Source: Candidatus Kapaibacterium sp.
GTDB lineage: Bacteria; Bacteroidota; Ignavibacteria; Kapaibacteriales; UBA2268
Assembly (NCBI GenBank): GCA_027858275.1
Contig: JAQIDA010000318.1
Location: 1-38,857 of the forward strand
DNA length: 38,857 bases
Direction of reading: 5' to 3'
Shown: positions 34,380-38,857 of the stretch, one piece after another
How the letters are laid out: each line of letters starts with the position of its first letter
Numbering within the stretch: position 1 is the stretch's first letter
Translations under genes and position numbers: made by a program
The notes under the pieces: generated by a model
Seen by the model: only the letters and a program-made list of their open reading frames with translations
What the model was told of the DNA's origin: nothing
The model's database searches: none

Positions 34380-34898
34380 ATGAAAAAGCTGACGATATTA
34401 ATAATAGGCATAGTCGGGATCAGCTTCTGGTCCTGCCAAACTGATACAACGAGCACTAATCCCGATCTGTTCCCCGGAGGAGAAGTAGTTTATTTCTCTG
34501 ATTGTAAGGACGGCGAAACTAATGAGATCGCCAAAGAAATTGACAATTCCCATGCGGCGATTCAATATCACTCCATTGCCGAAGAACACAAGTTGGAAAT
34601 CAGGCATATAAACGCAGGTTTCAATTGCTGCCCGGATGAAATCACGGCAGACATCAGTATTGAAGACGGAGTAATTTCAATATCTGAAAAAGAAGCCGTC
34701 GCAGGTTGCAAATGTAATTGTCTTTATGACATTGATATCGATGTAACAGACATTGAAAAGGGGAAGTATACTGTCAAAGTAATTGAGCCTTATCTCAATG
34801 ATGTCGATTTGGAATTCAATTTTGAAATTGATCTGAATGAAAATCCGGACGGGGAATTTGTTCTCGAAAGGTCGTCTTATCCATGGGCTGTCAAATAG
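34380..34898 (+). CDS. Cys-rich lipoprotein of unknown family (paralog 1)
   Basis: Lipobox signal MKKLTILIIGIVGISFWSC. Conserved with the downstream paralog: NAxFNCCP, CxCxCLYDxD, EP(Y/L)L and SYPW. I recognise no known domain. Confidence 0.6.
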   Translation: MKKLTILIIGIVGISFWSCQTDTTSTNPDLFPGGEVVYFSDCKDGETNEIAKEIDNSHAAIQYHSIAEEHKLEIRHINAGFNCCPDEITADISIEDGVISISEKEAVAGCKCNCLYDIDIDVTDIEKGKYTVKVIEPYLNDVDLEFNFEIDLNENPDGEFVLERSSYPWAVK

Positions 34899-34916
34899 TA
34901 TTAACGTAGAATCGAT

Positions 34917-35420
34917 ATGAACAAAGAATACTTGATTTTAATTGTAATTTTCGCTGCATTTGCGATGATCGCCTGCTCTTCGGATACCGGCTAAGGCACA
35001 ACTCAGGCAGAGATAATCCGTATCAGCGGTTGCAACGAGTTCCCGGTTGTTTCCGGAGTTGTAGTTGAAACAGGGGACAGTGCTTCAGTTTCTTATCTGT
35101 ATGATGCTGACAAACAGACACTCAGCCTCATTCATGTCAATGCTGCGTTCAATTGTTGTCCTAAAAATGTCAGCGCGGAATTTAAGATAGTTGATAATGT
35201 GATTAATATCAGCGAATATGAATTAGGAGGAATTTGTGACTGTGAGTGCCTCTACGATTTCGATTATCTCGTGAAAAATATCAGACCGGAAGTATATCAA
35301 ATAAAGATATTCGAGCCGCTGCTCAGCTCCAAAGATGAGCCTTTCGATTTCATTATTGATTTGAGCAAATCTTCTGAAGGTCGGATTGTCCTTGACAGAA
35401 CATCTTATCCCTGGAATTAA
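34917..35420 (+). pseudogene. Paralog 2 of the Cys-rich lipoprotein, interrupted by a single in-frame TAA (34992-34994) just after the lipobox
   Basis: ATG 34917 encodes MNKEYLILIVIFAAFAMIACSSDTG, then TAA. The same frame stays open to 35420 and aligns along its whole length with paralog 1 (HVNAAFNCCP, CDCECLYDFD, SYPW). The ORF track reports only the last 73 aa, from GTG 35199. Confidence 0.6.
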
Positions 35421-35456
35421 TCTCGGGATATGAACGGAAAAGTTTTTTTTATATAT

Positions 35457-35520
35457 AACTCCTTTGTAATTTTATGATTATTTTTTTATAATTCATTACA
35501 AAGGAGTTTTTTCTTTTTAG
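35457..35520. terminator. Bidirectional terminator between convergent genes
   Basis: A 14-bp perfect stem AACTCCTTTGTAAT (35457-35470) / ATTACAAAGGAGTT (35495-35508) is followed by TTTTTTCTTTTT. The left flank has an A/T run. Confidence 0.75.
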
Positions 35521-35539
35521 GGTTAGTCTTTGGGTTCTG

Positions 35540-37486
35540 CTACTTCTTCACAGTTATAGAGTATTCTTCCGCGTAATTCAAAACAGCTCGAGCCATGCCA
35601 ATGGCAATTTTGTTTTGTCCCGTTTCGGATTTGGCGAATTTCTCTTCCTTTTTGTTTGACAGGAATGCTGCTTCGAAAAGCACGTTGGGCATTGAAGCTC
35701 CGATCAGCACATAGAATCCGGCTTGTTTTACTCCGCGATTAGTCAAGTTAGTGGATATATCGATTTCGTCTTGGAGTTGAGCCGCGAATTTTTCGCTGAA
35801 TTTAACAAAGGCGCTTTGTGCCATTGTCGCTACAATGATTTCCTCTTCGGTCAATTTTTTGTAATTCGCGCGAGATTTTTCAAATTTAATAGATGCATTT
35901 TCTAATTCAGCAACTCTGACGGCGTCGTCGTTTTTGCCGGGTCTGAGTATGAAAGTTTCGAATCCGTTTGCTTTGTGCGGTTTTTTTCGAGCGGCGTTAA
36001 GATGTATACTGATGAAAAGTTTACCGCCGGCCTCGTTAGCGATTTTACCGCGTCGATATAACTCAATGAAACGATCGTCTTCACGAGTCATAACTATCTT
36101 GGTGTCCGGCATGGATTTCTTGAGTAAAGCGCGGAGTTTCTTAGCAAGTATCAGAGTAATGTCTTTTTCTTTTGTGCCGTTGCAACCTACTGCTCCGGGG
36201 TCTTTGCCTCCGTGCCCGGGATCAAGCACAATACAATCCAGCTCGGAATTACGGATAACTTTTGTGATTGCCTTCATCAATCCTTTGTCTGATTTAGCTT
36301 CTGTCGCGTTGTCCGGAATAATATCTTTGGGCGGCACTTTTCGTGCTGTTGATTTTGGCAGCGGTTGGTGAAATATACGGCAAACCAGTTCTTTGGGACC
36401 GTTTCTTTCGATTGTGCAACGTTCGGCTGTGGCTCTTAGCTTAATTCTGTAGATAAGATATTTTCTGACTTTTTCAACTTGAATTTCCTCGATAATACCC
36501 AGTCCGCAGAGCCTGTCGAATTTTTTTATTGAATTTGAAGCGTTTGGAACTCTTAGTATAATTTCGTTGTTCCTGATTTCAGCTTTTTGATAGTCTTTGA
36601 TTATTTTATTCGACGAAAGATATATCTCTGTTGCTTTTCTCTTGCCGACAGCTTTGATTTTTACAAATCGCAAAGAGGCAGACACTGCCCATACTCCGGC
36701 TGAGCTCGATGCATAAGTGTTCTCGTCAATCTCACGCGAATCTGACGACAGAGGTTCAGAATCTGAGGAAGTATCTTGTTTTATCTCTTGTTCTGTTTGT
36801 TTGATTTCTTTGCGAATCAGTTTTGACGGGATTACATATCTGTTGGGAGGATAGGATTTCGGTTGTGGTTGGAAAGATCTCTTGCTGTTTGCGGGAATAT
36901 TGCTTTTGGGAGCAGCTGATTTCTTTTCAAATAAGCGACCTCTGACAGGTCTGTTTTTATGAATATCTATCCGTTTTTGTGAATCTTCTTTGTATGCTTC
37001 CGCTGTTTTTTCTGCATCATTATCTCTTCCTTTTTTCATTTTGCTGCCGTAAGATGAAAGACTGATGAAATCAGTACGGATATCTGCACGGAAGAGTTCT
37101 AATGTTTCCATTGCTTCCGTGAATGAGATCAAGGGGAAATAATGCTGTTTTTTGATAATCAGGACGGGCATACGTGTTTTTACGATTTTTGCCGTACTGC
37201 CTTTTTTTAATGAGATAAAAACTGACGGGGAGTCGAATTTGAGAGTATGATACTCATTGCTGATTGTACTTTTGGACGCAGAATATGTCGCGTCGTCAAA
37301 AACAATCTTAGCGATTACAGCAGCGTGAAGATATTTATGACCGTTAATGATTTGAGCTGTCACAATTGAAATCTTGCCTGAAGGCATTTCCAATTTAATG
37401 CCGTTCCCGGCCTCGGCTGTTTTTGCTTGCGAAAAAAACATCAGGACGGTCGCAAACAAGAATATATAAACAGTATTTTTTATCAT
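35540..37486 (-). CDS. N-acetylmuramoyl-L-alanine amidase (Amidase_3, AmiC-like) with a long N-terminal region including an AMIN-like domain
   Basis: The C-terminal domain IVLDPGHGGKDPGAVG...ISIHLNA...GVKQAGFYVL...PNVLFEAAFLSN is a canonical Amidase_3. The N-terminus has a signal peptide, a Ser/Glu-rich linker and a beta-rich module. Confidence 0.85.
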   Translation of the reverse strand: MIKNTVYIFLFATVLMFFSQAKTAEAGNGIKLEMPSGKISIVTAQIINGHKYLHAAVIAKIVFDDATYSASKSTISNEYHTLKFDSPSVFISLKKGSTAKIVKTRMPVLIIKKQHYFPLISFTEAMETLELFRADIRTDFISLSSYGSKMKKGRDNDAEKTAEAYKEDSQKRIDIHKNRPVRGRLFEKKSAAPKSNIPANSKRSFQPQPKSYPPNRYVIPSKLIRKEIKQTEQEIKQDTSSDSEPLSSDSREIDENTYASSSAGVWAVSASLRFVKIKAVGKRKATEIYLSSNKIIKDYQKAEIRNNEIILRVPNASNSIKKFDRLCGLGIIEEIQVEKVRKYLIYRIKLRATAERCTIERNGPKELVCRIFHQPLPKSTARKVPPKDIIPDNATEAKSDKGLMKAITKVIRNSELDCIVLDPGHGGKDPGAVGCNGTKEKDITLILAKKLRALLKKSMPDTKIVMTREDDRFIELYRRGKIANEAGGKLFISIHLNAARKKPHKANGFETFILRPGKNDDAVRVAELENASIKFEKSRANYKKLTEEEIIVATMAQSAFVKFSEKFAAQLQDEIDISTNLTNRGVKQAGFYVLIGASMPNVLFEAAFLSNKKEEKFAKSETGQNKIAIGMARAVLNYAEEYSITVKK

Positions 37487-37650
37487 ATCAAATCGATAAA
37501 TATATTACACATATTAAGTCTTTCTCAGCTAACATTCCAAAATATCAAAAAAATATTTGATAATCAACGAGAATGAGGGATTATTTTGAATAAAGTGTTA
37601 TTAAAACAGATTTATCGAGTTTTTTGTAGATTGTTTTAAAAACTACTTTG

Positions 37651-38857
37651 TCACTTCAATATCTTTCCGCTTCTCGCCAGCACGCCCCCGCTCAAAATCC
37701 GATACACATAAACTCCGGAAGAAAAATCCGACAGACTCACCACATTTTCCAAGCTATACAACAGGCTGCCCTCAAACACTGTTTTTCCGCTAATATCAAC
37801 AATTTGCAGCTTGTATTTCCTGTGCCGGTCGTCTGTGATGTTAATTGTGAAATTTTCCGGGGTTTGGTTTATGTCAAAGATTGCGTCTTGGAACTCGCTT
37901 TCATTTACGGAGACTGGCTCTTCGTAGCGATAGATGCCGCCGGCAATAGAAGAAACTATTGGTGTTTGTCCTGCCATCGCAACTCTAACTGAAATTGTCT
38001 CAACTAAGTCTTCGGGCAGATTTGTATGATAAAACCAAGTTTCTCCGCCGTCTGTTGTTTCGATTATCTTGCCCCAGTTGCCCACAGCCATTCCGTGCTT
38101 TTCATCAGAAAATGAAATTTTTGTTGGGGGAAAAGTATCCTCAATTAGTTTTTCATGAATTATTTCCCAATGCTTCCCTTGGTTGGTTGTTTTCCATATT
38201 ATGTCTGAAGTAACTTGTCCTTTGCCGTATCTTTGTCCGCCACAGGCAAATCCTAAAATATCATTAATAAAACATACATCATAGATTGTTTTTGCTTCCT
38301 CGTCCGTCGGTATTTCCCAAGGTTCATTATACGCTGTCCAGGTTTCTGTTTGTATATTAAATTTAACAAATGCGTCTTCTATTCTATATTCTTTTTTCAA
38401 TATTACATTATTGGAATCAATAAAAAACATTGGAGAACCAATTTTATCATACTCTCCTTGTTCAAGAGCTTTAAATGTCTCCCATCCGTCCTTTGTATAA
38501 AACAAATTATCGTAAGATACAACACAGCCAATATTCTGATTATACATTGTTATTCCGTAAATACTCCCGTTATAAGTTTCTCCGTTTCTTTCAAGATTTG
38601 TTCGTTTAAAAGTTAAACAACCGTTAGTACTTACATCAACAAAATAATTATCGGAATAAGTTAAATATATTTTTGATGTATCAAATACAAAACAACGACT
38701 AATTTTTATCAATTTGTCATAATAATCCTCATAAATTGCATTCCATGAGTTACCTTGGTCTGTAGATTTATATACCCTGTTAGCTCTGCCTAATACGTCA
38801 TTTGTAAAAGCATAACAATTGTTGCTGTCTAAACATTGTAATGTTTTTATATATTCA
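37651..38857 (-). CDS. T9SS-secreted BNR/Ycf48-like beta-propeller protein, 5'-truncated by the window edge
   Basis: BNR-type motifs TTDGGETW, TTNQGKHW and TKDGWETF. T9SS CTD ..LSDFSSGVYVYRILSGGVLARSGKILK. The frame stays open upstream of the ORF-track start (TTG 38712) to the window end and encodes another BNR motif (KSTDQGNSW), so the gene continues beyond 38857. Confidence 0.75.
   Translation of the reverse strand, partial: EYIKTLQCLDSNNCYAFTNDVLGRANRVYKSTDQGNSWNAIYEDYYDKLIKISRCFVFDTSKIYLTYSDNYFVDVSTNGCLTFKRTNLERNGETYNGSIYGITMYNQNIGCVVSYDNLFYTKDGWETFKALEQGEYDKIGSPMFFIDSNNVILKKEYRIEDAFVKFNIQTETWTAYNEPWEIPTDEEAKTIYDVCFINDILGFACGGQRYGKGQVTSDIIWKTTNQGKHWEIIHEKLIEDTFPPTKISFSDEKHGMAVGNWGKIIETTDGGETWFYHTNLPEDLVETISVRVAMAGQTPIVSSIAGGIYRYEEPVSVNESEFQDAIFDINQTPENFTINITDDRHRKYKLQIVDISGKTVFEGSLLYSLENVVSLSDFSSGVYVYRILSGGVLARSGKILK

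Noticed and set aside
34992-34994. Stop-codon reassignment (TAA read as sense) to explain the in-frame TAA in lipoprotein paralog 2
   Set aside because: TAA terminates many well-conserved genes in this same window at the expected family length (the OmpA-like gene, the response regulator and the sensor kinase, among others). A recoded genetic code is therefore not supported. A nonsense mutation or a sequence error is simpler.
1-38857. tRNA, rRNA, transposase/integrase genes, prophage or defence-island signatures
   Set aside because: I scanned the long non-coding gaps (535-983, 18330-18652, 20924-21141, 27144-27336, 31789-32150, 37487-37650) for T-loop-like GGTTCGAATCC motifs and cloverleaf-compatible stems and found none. 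No ORF shows DDE, tyrosine or serine recombinase motifs or typical defence ATPase/nuclease pairs. I cannot exclude small RNAs without a covariance-model scan.

Overview
This is a 38.9 kb AT-rich chromosomal segment (roughly 40% GC by eye, not computed). It probably comes from a diderm bacterium of the FCB superphylum (Bacteroidota / Ignavibacteriota-like). Supporting this, two large proteins end in typical T9SS (Por) C-terminal sorting domains, and BamD, an OmpA-family protein, an Omp85-type barrel and GT9 (heptosyltransferase-family) enzymes are present.

I call about 29 protein-coding genes, mostly on the + strand. The minus-strand genes are separated from them by clear bidirectional hairpin terminators.

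- Housekeeping: rplS, nusB, rsmI, tsaC, adenine deaminase, PPi-type phosphofructokinase, an ArsC/LMW-PTP, SixA.
- Transport: AbgT, an APC permease, a LysE-type exporter.
- Envelope: OmpA-like, BamD, an LCP-family protein, an AmiC-type amidase, a PlpD-like patatin-Omp85 protein, and a five-gene glycan cluster in the order GT4, GT4, GT9, pyruvyl transferase, GT9.
- Signalling: a receiver plus CHASE/PAS sensor pair.
- Two BNR-propeller T9SS cargo proteins.

I found no rRNA, tRNA, CRISPR array, transposase or integrase. I also see no convincing multi-gene defence or mobile island, so I cannot point to a clear-cut new system.

The most unusual items supported directly by the sequence are:
1. An exact period-29 tandem array at the junction of the pyruvyl transferase and second GT9 genes. 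It creates a relay of two 10-codon mini-ORFs with ATGA overlaps.
2. An RsmI methyltransferase carrying a 122-aa Arg/Asp/Gly repeat tail.
3. A DJ-1/PfpI-acylphosphatase fusion protein.
4. A tandem pair of Cys-rich lipoprotein paralogs of unknown family, the second interrupted by one in-frame TAA.
5. A CHASE-PAS-HisKA sensor whose ATPase domain looks degenerate.

All functional calls come from motif recognition by eye. No database search was run.
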